A DNA stretch of 37,512 nt from a virus (IMGVR_UViG_3300014656_000013:1-37512), one strand, 5' to 3'; shown: positions 25,187 to 34,831, numbered from the stretch's first letter. Notes: generated by a model from the letters alone, not told the origin. Numbers and translations: made by a program.

Positions 25187-25687
25187 GTGAGCATTCACGA
25201 CAGATATAACCGTCCGACGCTGGCTTACGAGTCCCGATTGCAGGCCGCCAGTGCCGACGAGGAGGACCGCAACCGCGAGTTGTGGGATCGCACCAAGGCC
25301 GACACCGAGGCCCAGCTGGCAGCCGAGACGGACCAGGCGTACCGCGACGTGGGCGGCGCCGCCGTTGGGCAGGGGCAGATGGGCCTGCGCTCCGCCGCCT
25401 ACGCATCGGACCAGCTCGGCCAGCAGCGGGCGGCGGAGCAGGCGTACCTCGACGCTCAGGCCGACCAGGCTTTCCGCGAGCAGCAAATGGGTGTGATGGG
25501 GCGGCGCGGTGAGTACGTCATGCAGGGGCAATCATTCGCCGCTGATCAGTACGCAGCGGCAGCCCAAGAGGAGGCCTATCTGGCGGCCAAGAAAGCCGCG
25601 GAGGACGCCGCTGAGGCTGAGGAAACCGCAGGCTACATCTCAGCGGGTATGGGGATGCTCAGTGGCGGAATGATGGGGGCGAAATAA
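25187..25687 (+). CDS. Putative ejection/internal virion protein (166 aa)
   Basis: Ala/Gln-rich helix with a Gly/Met-rich hydrophobic C-terminus. Confidence 0.6.
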   Translation: MSIHDRYNRPTLAYESRLQAASADEEDRNRELWDRTKADTEAQLAAETDQAYRDVGGAAVGQGQMGLRSAAYASDQLGQQRAAEQAYLDAQADQAFREQQMGVMGRRGEYVMQGQSFAADQYAAAAQEEAYLAAKKAAEDAAEAEETAGYISAGMGMLSGGMMGAK

Positions 25688-27537
25688 TGGCCAAGCTGAC
25701 TGCAGCACAGGTGGCGGCCGAGCAGGCCGAACAAGGGATGACGCTTGCTCCGTGGGCCGCAGCTGGCGAGCAGCCCATGACCATGGCGCCAGCGGGTGGG
25801 CTCATCGCCCCGGCCCGCGGATTCATGCTCGGGTCGGCGGCTACCACCCCGCGGCCTACTGGGGCCGGTGGGGCCGGTCCCATACCGTCCACGTCACTGA
25901 TGACCGAGACCGGCGGCACAGTGTCCCCCATGGGTGAATCGCGTGAGCTGTCGGACATTGAGCCTCCCCCGCCGTTCCCGGTGGGGCCAGCTCCGCCCAC
26001 CGAGTTGGCGCCTATGACCATGGCGCCCCCTGTCACCCAGACCCTGACCGAGACGCTACGTCAGCAGGGGCGTCGCGCGGCCCCCCGCGGCCCCGACATG
26101 CGCGACGTGCCCAGGGAGTTGTTGCCCCAAATCGGCGGCCGTCTCATGGACCCGTCTATCTTCGAGGACGAGGACGCGTTCACCAGCCAGCTGAACGTCG
26201 CTGTGCTTCAAGGCGATATGACTGAGGCGCAGCGAGCCGCAGCCATCTCGAAGCGCGACGCCTACAAAGAGACCTACTGGGGAGCGCTCGGTAAGGGCGC
26301 CTCGATTGCCCAGCGCGGGGTAACGCTGGTCGGTGAGACTCAGGCGGCCGAGGCGGGGATCCAGGCGAGCGCCGCCGATGCTACCGCGGCAGAGTTGCAG
26401 GACGTCGAGGAGGATATCAAGACCGGACGCGAGGCCGGAGAGCGGCGGCTCATCGGCTACAAGGAGGGGCGCGCAGAGCTCGAGGGCAAACGAGACAAGG
26501 CCGACAAGGCGATCCTGGAGCACAAGATCGGGGACACCCGGGACGTGGGCTCGCGCATCTGGGACGGCATCGTGGCAGCCCTCGGCGAGGCGTCCCGAGC
26601 GCTGACCGGCGGGGCCCGCAACAACGCCCTGGACATCATTCGCGCCAACGTCGATCGGAGCGTCGCAGCGCAAGAGACCGAGCTGGCGTCCTACCGCGGC
26701 CAGGCCGAGAAGTTGCGCAACAACCTGAGCGTCTACCGTCAGGAATTCGGCGACGAGGAGGGCGCCCGAGCAGCACTCCGCGATCAGCAGCTCGAGGAGC
26801 ACCAGCGCGGCCTCGAGCAGATCATGGCCGAGACTGACAGCGAGAGCCTGAAGAGCCGCGCCGGGTCGATCATCCAGCAGATCGAACTGGACCGCGAGGG
26901 CATCGCCACCCAGTTCACGGTGGGGGCGCACGAGAGCAAGATGGCACAGGACGCCGCCCGGCAGCAGGCGGCGGCAGCGGCACAGGCGCAGAAGCCCAAG
27001 GAGTGGCAACCAGGGTACCGGGCCAAAGGGAAAGCCAACCTCAACGAGCTGTACGTTGATCTCGGCGGAGGTAGCGGCGGAATCGCCCCCACGCCGGCCG
27101 CCGCCGGTGAGCTACGCACTGCCAACGAGGTGCGAGGCCGGCTGAATGGCCTCATCGCCGAGCAGCGACACCTCGTCTCACAGGTCGGGTCCAGCATGGA
27201 CGCCGAGCTGCTCGGCACGATCGAGAGCAATCAGTCTGAGATCCGAACCACTCTCGGCGTAGCGAAACAGCTCGGCGCCCTGAGCAAGGATGACGTGGGG
27301 ATCGTGGACGACTTCGTCGGCGGAGACCCGACCGAGATCGTCAAGCGCAAAGCGCGCACCCTTGCCGGTCTGGACAACGCCGTGAACGTCATCGGGGAGA
27401 GCTGGCGCCAGAAGCTAGCCGCAGCTGGGATGCCCGTGGCTGAACGGCGGATCGGGGTCGAGGGCCCAGAGTACCGCTACACCGGCTCGATCGCTGGTGG
27501 GGCCAAGAAAGTCAAGGAGGGGGCACCGGTCCAGTAA
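25687..27537 (+). CDS. Putative ejection/internal virion protein (616 aa)
   Basis: Pro-rich disordered N-terminus followed by long coiled coils; position. Confidence 0.62.
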   Translation: MAKLTAAQVAAEQAEQGMTLAPWAAAGEQPMTMAPAGGLIAPARGFMLGSAATTPRPTGAGGAGPIPSTSLMTETGGTVSPMGESRELSDIEPPPPFPVGPAPPTELAPMTMAPPVTQTLTETLRQQGRRAAPRGPDMRDVPRELLPQIGGRLMDPSIFEDEDAFTSQLNVAVLQGDMTEAQRAAAISKRDAYKETYWGALGKGASIAQRGVTLVGETQAAEAGIQASAADATAAELQDVEEDIKTGREAGERRLIGYKEGRAELEGKRDKADKAILEHKIGDTRDVGSRIWDGIVAALGEASRALTGGARNNALDIIRANVDRSVAAQETELASYRGQAEKLRNNLSVYRQEFGDEEGARAALRDQQLEEHQRGLEQIMAETDSESLKSRAGSIIQQIELDREGIATQFTVGAHESKMAQDAARQQAAAAAQAQKPKEWQPGYRAKGKANLNELYVDLGGGSGGIAPTPAAAGELRTANEVRGRLNGLIAEQRHLVSQVGSSMDAELLGTIESNQSEIRTTLGVAKQLGALSKDDVGIVDDFVGGDPTEIVKRKARTLAGLDNAVNVIGESWRQKLAAAGMPVAERRIGVEGPEYRYTGSIAGGAKKVKEGAPVQ

Positions 27538-27539
27538 GC

Positions 27540-30302
27540 ATGGCCGATGAAGCCACAGAGCCGACTTCTGAGCTCGGCGGCGAGCGAGTCAACGTCCTGA
27601 ACCCATACGGACGGCTGGTGTCAATCGCCGCCGCCGACGCCGCCGACGCCATCGGATCCGGCAGCTACACCGAGGCGACGGCGGAGGACGTTCGCCTATG
27701 GAAGCGCGGCGAGGAGTATGGCGGGCTGGCCGGCACCGCCGAGGCGCTTGTGGGCGGCGCCGCCGAGGAGGCGTCCCTTGGGCTGAGTACCAAGCTAGCG
27801 GTGGAGCTCGGCGGCGAGGAGATGCGCCAGCGCATCCTGGACGTCCGGGAGGAGAGCCCGACGGCTACCATGGTCGGCCAAGTGGCCGGCGGCGTGGCTG
27901 GTCTGGGCAAGCTCGGAGCGGGCGCCAAAGGGGCCGGGATGCTCGGCCGTGCCCTCAAGGGCGCCGGCAGCGTTGTCCGTGCCCCTGCCCGGCTCGCCAC
28001 GCGTGCTGGAGAGGGGGCTTCCGCTCTGGTGCGGACCGTGGCCCCCAGTAGCAAGATAGCCGCCACAGCGGCTCAGGGGGCTGTAGAAGGGGCGTTCTTC
28101 GGAGCCGGCTCCGAGGTGTCGGACTCTGCGCTGGAGGGCCGTGGCATCTCTGGCTCGAAGCTGCTAGCCGGCATGGGCTATGGGGCGGCGGTTGGCGGAG
28201 CGTTTGGTGGGGCGATCTCCGGCGTGGGGCGCCTCGTCGGCGCAGGCAAGCGAGGGCTCATGGCACCCTTTGCGGCCAGGGCAGACGCAAAGGCAGCGGC
28301 CCGGGCGAAGGCCGGCGCGAGGGCCACCGCAGGGGTCACCGCGGAGGGCTCGATCGAGGCTACCATCCGGCAGGAGACCGCCGACGCCAGCCCGCTGATC
28401 CGGAAGTACATCGATGCGCTCGAGGCGCAAGGCAAGGTAGCGCGCGTAGACGCCGAGCGGATCTTGCTGAGCAAGACGCGGCGCCATCGGGCTGTCTTCC
28501 AGGGCGATGACGCTACTATGGCCGCCGAGCGGGACATCGCGGCCAGCATGGACGACCTGCTCACGTCCACTGACAAAGTAAGATACGCCGTAACCGGCGT
28601 CGGGAAAGAGTCGCAGTTTGCCCACTTGGTTAAAGGCCGAGACCCTGAGGTGGTGCGCGGCGCTCGCGAGTACATGGCAGGGATGCAAAAAGACGTCCGC
28701 GCCATGATCGGCAAGGAAATGGGCGGCGAGTTCGGGGGGCAGGGTCACCTCAAAGGGTTGCTAAAGCGGGTTGACGCGATTGATAGGAAGCTGGCGAAAA
28801 AGGGCGCCATAGCCTCGAATCGCGATGCATTCAGCGCCTTGGACGAGGTCAAGCGTGCATTTGACAACCGAGCCAAAACGTTCACCTCATCGTACCGCCG
28901 CAATGGCAAGGGCGAATTCCTCACCAGCCATCGCCGCGTCAAGGAGATCGCCGACGGTGTGCGCGAGCAGCTCGAGCGTGAGGCTGTGTGGGGCGAGGGC
29001 GGCCGAGTCCAGCGGGTCGTCAACAAGCACACGACCGATAAGCTCGGGGTGCAGACGGACTTCAACCGCCGGTTCGTGTCCGAGTTCGGGCGCGACGCCC
29101 ATGACCCGTACAGTCGGGGGCGCGTAGCTGATCCAGAGAAGATCGCCAGGCACGTCCGAGACATCGGCGACCCTCGCAAAGCGCTCGACATGCGCGCCTA
29201 TCAGGAATGGGTGGCGAGCAACGAGGAGTGGCTCACCACCATCCGCGACAACTACCAGCTCGGCGGCGCCGAAAAGAAGGCTGTCGAGAAGGCGCTGAGT
29301 GCCACCCAGAAGCTGCGTAAGGCCTACGGCACAGCATCGGACGTTGTCGGCGACGTCAACGCCCTGAAGCGTATCCAAGAGATAGAGGGCGGTTTTTCCC
29401 CGCTCACCGCCGCCGCCGCCGGCACCGTGGCGCTCGGCCCGCTGGGGGCTGCGCTCGGCGGCATTCTCGGCGCGGCCAGCCGGCCAGGCGCTACCGTCGT
29501 CAAGATCGCCCACGCGGAGCGGCTCGCTGCAAATCTCGGCGTGGGCAGCGTCGCCGAGGCGGCCACCAAGACGGCAGCCCACATAGAGCAGCTTGCTGGT
29601 CACGCCGAGCGTAAGATCGGACGCGCCGGTTCCACGCTGCGCCGCTCCAAAGCGGTGGCGATGCGCGCCGTCACCGTCACCGCGCTGGAGAAGAGAGAGC
29701 GCGAGAAGCGCGAGAAGACCATTGGGCTGGCGTCGTCCGCCGACGTGCCCGCGCTGTCTGCCGAGGCGCACGCCAACTACGCCCAGGCTTACCCGTTCAA
29801 TCCGGCGATCGTGGCCGACATGGTCGCCACCGTCGAGCGCGGCGCAGCTTACCTTCAACGGGTCGCTCCCAAGCCGATCCGGGTGCCTGGCCAGCCGCCG
29901 CTGCCCGTGAGTGACGAGGATCTGGAGACCTTCGACCGACAGCGGCAGGTGGTCAACAGCCCGATCGACACCATCACGACGGCCGTGGAGAAGGGGACGA
30001 TCATTCCCGAGCAGGTCAAGGCGCTTGACGAGGTTTACCCCGACGAGGCCCGCGAGCTCCGCGACAGCTATCGGCAGCAACTCGACGAGATGTCTGTCGG
30101 CGGCGAAGCGCTGCCCTACCAGGCCACGATGGCGCTCGAAGTGCTCATGAGGGAGCCGCTGGACTATACGTCTGGTAGGGGCTACCAGATGGCCATGGGA
30201 CCACCGGAGCCGCCCAAAAAGCGACCGAAGCCAAAGACCAAGCCGCCTGAGATGGCGGACGACTATGACCGCGACGCCGCTATCATGGAGGCGCTCGCCT
30301 AG
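27540..30302 (+). CDS. Large putative ejection protein with glycine-zipper hydrophobic segments (920 aa)
   Basis: GxxxG-rich stretches (GMGYGAAVGGAFGGAISG; GTVALGPLGAALGGILG); position. Confidence 0.65.
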   Translation: MADEATEPTSELGGERVNVLNPYGRLVSIAAADAADAIGSGSYTEATAEDVRLWKRGEEYGGLAGTAEALVGGAAEEASLGLSTKLAVELGGEEMRQRILDVREESPTATMVGQVAGGVAGLGKLGAGAKGAGMLGRALKGAGSVVRAPARLATRAGEGASALVRTVAPSSKIAATAAQGAVEGAFFGAGSEVSDSALEGRGISGSKLLAGMGYGAAVGGAFGGAISGVGRLVGAGKRGLMAPFAARADAKAAARAKAGARATAGVTAEGSIEATIRQETADASPLIRKYIDALEAQGKVARVDAERILLSKTRRHRAVFQGDDATMAAERDIAASMDDLLTSTDKVRYAVTGVGKESQFAHLVKGRDPEVVRGAREYMAGMQKDVRAMIGKEMGGEFGGQGHLKGLLKRVDAIDRKLAKKGAIASNRDAFSALDEVKRAFDNRAKTFTSSYRRNGKGEFLTSHRRVKEIADGVREQLEREAVWGEGGRVQRVVNKHTTDKLGVQTDFNRRFVSEFGRDAHDPYSRGRVADPEKIARHVRDIGDPRKALDMRAYQEWVASNEEWLTTIRDNYQLGGAEKKAVEKALSATQKLRKAYGTASDVVGDVNALKRIQEIEGGFSPLTAAAAGTVALGPLGAALGGILGAASRPGATVVKIAHAERLAANLGVGSVAEAATKTAAHIEQLAGHAERKIGRAGSTLRRSKAVAMRAVTVTALEKREREKREKTIGLASSADVPALSAEAHANYAQAYPFNPAIVADMVATVERGAAYLQRVAPKPIRVPGQPPLPVSDEDLETFDRQRQVVNSPIDTITTAVEKGTIIPEQVKALDEVYPDEARELRDSYRQQLDEMSVGGEALPYQATMALEVLMREPLDYTSGRGYQMAMGPPEPPKKRPKPKTKPPEMADDYDRDAAIMEALA

Positions 30303-30311
30303 GAGACAACC

Positions 30312-30605
30312 ATGGGCGATCCTGTAGCACCTACCACTCGCATCCAGTCCGGCTCGCGGACGCAGATCTTCAACTCGTTCGTGGCTGACATTGATCTCAC
30401 GGTCAGCTACCAGGGCTGGGCGCAGGGCAAGCCGCCGCTCCCGACCGTGTGGATCATGTTCACCGGCGGCGCCCTGGAGGTCACCGACATGAGCGGCAAC
30501 AACACGATCATTCCGGTGGCCTATGCCGGCGTGCCCATCCCTGGGCAATTTAAAGCCATCGTGGCGGCCGGCACCGGGGCGACCGACTGCCTCGTGATGT
30601 GGTAG
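30312..30605 (+). CDS. Putative virion beta-sandwich protein (97 aa)
   Basis: AGGAG SD; GGALEVT...IPGQFKAIVAAGTGAT motif. Confidence 0.7.
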   Translation: MGDPVAPTTRIQSGSRTQIFNSFVADIDLTVSYQGWAQGKPPLPTVWIMFTGGALEVTDMSGNNTIIPVAYAGVPIPGQFKAIVAAGTGATDCLVMW

Positions 30606-30622
30606 CTTGAGCGGAGGACACC

Positions 30623-30991
30623 ATGGCCGACGAATTGTATCTACGTACCGACCTGCGTTTCGAGAAGGGCACAGCCAAAGCGGATTGGCAGGACGAGCCG
30701 TGGACGGTTGACGTCGCCGGCACCAAGCACAAGCGCGAGGTGCAGACGATCGGCGCAGCGGCTGAGGCTATCTTGGCCGGCGACGTCGGCGTGGGCGGCT
30801 ACTTCAAGTTCAAGAACCTGTCGGCTACAAACACGATCCTACTCTACGGCGACTCGACCGCCGGAACACCGTTGGTGGTGCTGCTGCCCGGCGACGTCGC
30901 GATCTTCCGCGTCTACTCGGCGGCCACCCCGTACGCCGCTGACATCACCGGGGCCAGCGCTGACCTAGAGTTTATGGGAGTGGCGCTGTAA
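30623..30991 (+). CDS. Putative virion protein (122 aa)
   Basis: GGAGG SD; GYFKFKNLSATN...LLPGDVAIF motif. Confidence 0.7.
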   Translation: MADELYLRTDLRFEKGTAKADWQDEPWTVDVAGTKHKREVQTIGAAAEAILAGDVGVGGYFKFKNLSATNTILLYGDSTAGTPLVVLLPGDVAIFRVYSAATPYAADITGASADLEFMGVAL

Positions 30992-32409
30992 TGCCGGGCA
31001 TCGGATGCGGGGCCAATGTGGCGATGGGAGGCGGCCGGCAACGGTCCGTCAAGGACCTCCTCCCCGACGGCGCCACCTCGGTCATCCTCCAGCTCGACCT
31101 GGACGACCCGCGCTGCGTCGTGACGGGATCGGGGTTGTCCACGGTTTGGAACCAAGCCACCACGCCGCTAGCCCACGCTACCCAGGGCACCGACGCCAAC
31201 CGGCCTGCGCTCGGGACTGGTGGGCTTGGTGGGCATCGGTATGCTATTGGCGACGGCCTCGCCAAGCATATGGCGCTGACGGGGCTAGCCGACGCCTCAT
31301 CAGACTTCACAGTGTTTGCCGTGATTGACCAGACGAGCCTTTCGTTCAATCAGCAAATCCTGTTCTCGCTCAATAACGCTTATGATGCATGTGTCACCAA
31401 GAATGTAGGAACCAACCAAGTCGGGCTAGTCGACACCACCGCGTGGAACGATGCCGTTGCGGCCAAGACTGGGGCACAGGTCCTCACTTGGCGCATTGAC
31501 AGCACCGGCCCTGATTTTGAGGTCTATCGAGACGGGAAACTGCTCGGTTCTGCCGCCTATGATGGGACGGTAACCTGTGGTCCAAACGCAACTATTTTGT
31601 CGTCCGTATCCGGCGCACCTGACTTTTGGGCCGACTGTGACCTCTACTACCTAGTCGTCGTCAACCGCGTCTGCACCGACGCCGAAACCGCAGCAATCAA
31701 CGCGTGGCTCATGGCGCGGTTTGCGCTCACCGCGAGCATGGCCAGCATCGCCAACCTTGGCGCCTGGTGGGACCTGGACCACGCGACGCAGGCCGGTGGC
31801 GTGCTGACCGCTGTCACTGACCGCGCGCTGGCTCAGGCAATCAACGTCGTTGGCGCCCCGGCCATCGTGTCGGTGGGAGGCCAAGATTTCGTTCGGTTCG
31901 ACGGCGTGGACGACGTGCTGTGGATTGCGGACGCGGCGGCGCTCGATGGGGCGGCGGGGTGCACGCACGTGCTCAAGCACGCAAACCACGAAGCTTTGCC
32001 CGTCAATGCGACGCTCGCGCAGAAGGGCCGCAGCGCAGTCCACCTCAACGGCGGCATCGGCGGCCACGGCAGCGCCGGTACGCGCCTCACTGCCATCTGC
32101 AACTCGGGCAACGACGCCGACGTTGGGCCGCTTGTGGAGCTTGCCACGCCCGCGGAAACGATTGCAATTGCCATCGCATCGGGCGCAGCTGTGCGTCGCG
32201 TAGACGGTGATGGCACTTACGCCTCGACGGTCACCGCGCAGACCACCACGGTTGGCGCTGGCTCGCTGACGTGGGGCGCGCGCGAGACTGGCGCGAGCAC
32301 GTTCGACGAATACACCGAGGTTGATGCCCGCGCCGCCGCCTACTACAACCGCCCGCTCAACCAGTACGAGCTGATCGCGGCTCACGCCATGCTGAGGGAC
32401 GGGCCATGA
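30991..32409 (+). CDS. Putative tail fibre/receptor-binding protein with two LamG/ConA-like domains
   Basis: Two similar modules (LQLDLDD...ATQGTDANRP...GDG...FTVFAV...VVNRVCT; AWWDLDH...P...VRFDGVDDVL...YYNRPL). Confidence 0.68.
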   Translation: MPGIGCGANVAMGGGRQRSVKDLLPDGATSVILQLDLDDPRCVVTGSGLSTVWNQATTPLAHATQGTDANRPALGTGGLGGHRYAIGDGLAKHMALTGLADASSDFTVFAVIDQTSLSFNQQILFSLNNAYDACVTKNVGTNQVGLVDTTAWNDAVAAKTGAQVLTWRIDSTGPDFEVYRDGKLLGSAAYDGTVTCGPNATILSSVSGAPDFWADCDLYYLVVVNRVCTDAETAAINAWLMARFALTASMASIANLGAWWDLDHATQAGGVLTAVTDRALAQAINVVGAPAIVSVGGQDFVRFDGVDDVLWIADAAALDGAAGCTHVLKHANHEALPVNATLAQKGRSAVHLNGGIGGHGSAGTRLTAICNSGNDADVGPLVELATPAETIAIAIASGAAVRRVDGDGTYASTVTAQTTTVGAGSLTWGARETGASTFDEYTEVDARAAAYYNRPLNQYELIAAHAMLRDGP

Positions 32410-32777
32410 CCCAGCTCGACGCCTACGAATTGAAGCCCGGCGCAACGGTGCGCTCGCTCTACTTCGCCAAGCACCCAGACGTTGACCTGCGCAACTGCAA
32501 GGCGCCCAACGTCAACGCCATCGGCGCCGAGCTGCCGCGCGCCAACCTGGCTCAGTCAGACTTGCGCGGCGCGCTGCTGTGCCACGCGGACCTACGCGGG
32601 GCGGACTTCACTGGCGCAGACCTGACGGGCGCCAATCTGCACGGCTCGGACCTGACGGGCGCCACGTGGACTGGCGCCAAGCTCGACCGCGTTGTCTGGC
32701 ACAACTGCAAGGACAGGCCCAAACTAGCCGACGCCGCCGAGCCGTGGGTGCCGGCGGTGATTGAGAGGACGAAATGA
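32406..32777 (+). CDS. Pentapeptide-repeat protein (123 aa)
   Basis: AELPR ANLAQ SDLRG ALLCH ADLRG ADFTG ADLTG ANLHG SDLTG ATWTG AKLDR. Confidence 0.88.
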   Translation: MTQLDAYELKPGATVRSLYFAKHPDVDLRNCKAPNVNAIGAELPRANLAQSDLRGALLCHADLRGADFTGADLTGANLHGSDLTGATWTGAKLDRVVWHNCKDRPKLADAAEPWVPAVIERTK

Positions 32778-33025
32778 AGACCTGGCACAACGTGGTTCTA
32801 GACATCTCGACTATGCTGGTGGGCGCAGGGCTCATCGCGCTCGGCGTCCTGTGCGACTCCGAGGCCGCCCTCCTGAGCGGCAACGGACTCCTGTTCGGCC
32901 TCGCCGGCACAAGGATCGGGCAGAAGTCGGAGGCGGCGAAGAACGGCAACGGCGGTCCCAGGTCGGGAGCGGTGGTCGGGCTCGTCATGGCCGCCGCGTC
33001 CGTGTTCCCGTCGAGGCGCCGGTGA
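32774..33025 (+). CDS. Holin-like small membrane protein (83 aa)
   Basis: Two or three hydrophobic segments and a basic C-terminus; upstream of the lysin; GAGG SD. Confidence 0.55.
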   Translation: MKTWHNVVLDISTMLVGAGLIALGVLCDSEAALLSGNGLLFGLAGTRIGQKSEAAKNGNGGPRSGAVVGLVMAAASVFPSRRR

Positions 33026-33450
33026 GCCGCCTCCTGCTGATCGCCCTCGTCCTGCTCGTCACCGGCTGCACACCGCGCGCTCAGCAGCTTGCAGTCTCAG
33101 GGGTCGAGGAAGCCATGCGGACCAATAACGCCACCGTCGCGGCTCTCACTGGGCTACAGGAGAAGGCCAGGTTCGTGCGCAAGGCTGCTCTCATGGCGGC
33201 GGCCAAGACGGCCGGCAGCTACGACGAGGGCAAGAAACTGCTCGACGAGATTGACGCCACCTACGCCCCGGTGTTTGACGCCTTCCGTGAAGCTGAGCGT
33301 ATCAGTGAAGCCCTCGCTGTCGGGCTCGAGATAGCTAGGGCCGACGTCAAGCGCGGGGAGATCCCGAACATGGTGGACCTGTTCACACTGGCCATGATGC
33401 TTCAGGGTAGTTACTCCAAGCTGGCCGCGAGGTTGAGCGAGGCGCTATGA
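33022..33450 (+). CDS. Lipoprotein (possible spanin component), 142 aa
   Basis: GTG 33022; signal peptide MSRLLLIALVLLVTG|C with lipobox; helical mature part. Confidence 0.72.
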   Translation: MSRLLLIALVLLVTGCTPRAQQLAVSGVEEAMRTNNATVAALTGLQEKARFVRKAALMAAAKTAGSYDEGKKLLDEIDATYAPVFDAFREAERISEALAVGLEIARADVKRGEIPNMVDLFTLAMMLQGSYSKLAARLSEAL

Positions 33451-33665
33451 GCAGCAGTGCAGCAGGTATGATCGGCGCCATCATGGGCGCAGCCGCTGAT
33501 GTGATCGCCCGCATCGTAGAGCTGGTGGCCAACGGGCAGGTCGACGTTGCAAAGGGCGTGGTCGACCGTTTCGTAGCTACCACCAAGACCCAGCTGGCCA
33601 ATGACCGCAGCGAGGCCGACGACGAGCTACGGCGACGCTTCCCAGGTTCGTCCCCGCCGGGGTAG
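33447..33665 (+). CDS. Small amphipathic protein in the lysis cassette (72 aa)
   Basis: ATGA overlap; GAGG SD; hydrophobic/amphipathic N-terminus. Confidence 0.65.
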   Translation: MSSSAAGMIGAIMGAAADVIARIVELVANGQVDVAKGVVDRFVATTKTQLANDRSEADDELRRRFPGSSPPG

Positions 33666-33674
33666 CATGGGGGC

Positions 33675-34805
33675 ATGAGCGCCTTCGTCTCCAAGCTCGA
33701 GCACCTACACATCCACCAGAGCGGATGGGCCGAGCTTCCAGGGGGCGTCAGGATCTCAAAGCTCCCCGTCTTCGACCGCGGCGAGGAGCTGTTCGCTCGC
33801 CTGGGCCATGGGCCGTCCGGGGAGTGGCTGCGGGACAACGGCATGGACGACGCCTCGGTGGCCGAGCTCGAGCAGCTCCACGCCATGGCGCTGCACATCG
33901 AGCCCTACACGCTGCCCACCGGTAAGATGCTGGTGGCCGCTGGCATCCCGAAGCCATGGGTCGATTACGAGGGCCACGACACCCCCGCGATGGCTGCCTA
34001 CCGGGCGGAGCACATGCAGACCCTGGAATGGTGCCGGCTGCACGATGCCGAAGTGTTCGCCCGTCTCGCGGCGGCCGGCTGGACGGTGTCCCCGATTGCG
34101 AACGCCGGCAAGCACTGGGTCAAGGGAGGGCGTATTTTCGGATGGTGGCGCGTGGGGCAGAGGATGATTCAGACCCCGAGCGACTTCCACCGACACGAAC
34201 CCGAGTACGTAGACTACGGGACCACCTTCCACGCGGTGCTGCGCGAGCAAGACATCATACCCGACACCGAGCCGGCGCCCCGGTGGCACGATGGCATGGA
34301 CCTACCCAACCTCACCCTGGGAGAGCGCTGCTGCGGGTGGCTCGGTTTTCACTTTGGCTTGGCGCCGCGCGAGATCCCGGGGCCCGAGCATGAGCCCATC
34401 ATCTTGGCCTACTCGGAGCACTGCGTCCGGGACGGTCGACCGCTGCAGCTCAAGACTGACGACAGCGATTCTCCATGGTGCGCGGCGCTCGCCTCGGCCA
34501 CCCTGTTCAACGCCTCGCTACCGGGTGAGGCGCAGCCGCATGGCTTGCACGTGTCGGTGCGTGAGCTGGTCGAGAGCGCGCGGGTCGAGGGGACACTACG
34601 TGATGCCAGCTGGACGCCTACCCCGGGCTCGCTGGCCATCCTGGGCCGCGCCGGGGAGAACCCGCTGACTGGTGGGAGGGGGCACGTGCGGTGCGTCATC
34701 CAGCTCGACGGCGACCGCTACCTGGGCCTGGGCGGCAACGAGGACGACACGATCAGCTGCGGCTGGCATCCTCGGGCGGCGGTGCTGGCTTGGGTGGAGC
34801 GCTGA
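33675..34805 (+). CDS. Putative endolysin: uncharacterised N-terminal domain plus CHAP/NlpC-P60-like C-terminal domain
   Basis: REIPGPEHEP.I..Y...PWCAALAS...PG...I..R...GHV...LGGNE.D matches the TIGR02594-like Cys/His amidase pattern. Confidence 0.75.
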   Translation: MSAFVSKLEHLHIHQSGWAELPGGVRISKLPVFDRGEELFARLGHGPSGEWLRDNGMDDASVAELEQLHAMALHIEPYTLPTGKMLVAAGIPKPWVDYEGHDTPAMAAYRAEHMQTLEWCRLHDAEVFARLAAAGWTVSPIANAGKHWVKGGRIFGWWRVGQRMIQTPSDFHRHEPEYVDYGTTFHAVLREQDIIPDTEPAPRWHDGMDLPNLTLGERCCGWLGFHFGLAPREIPGPEHEPIILAYSEHCVRDGRPLQLKTDDSDSPWCAALASATLFNASLPGEAQPHGLHVSVRELVESARVEGTLRDASWTPTPGSLAILGRAGENPLTGGRGHVRCVIQLDGDRYLGLGGNEDDTISCGWHPRAAVLAWVER

Positions 34806-34831
34806 CCGGCCGGTGTGGTAGACTCTGGGCT

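Noticed and set aside
28887-30548. 553-aa antisense ORF, and similar ones at 10228-11370, 18320-19156, 26056-27009 and 36290-37441
   Set aside because: These are shadow ORFs expected opposite real genes in high-GC DNA, with no motifs or RBS.
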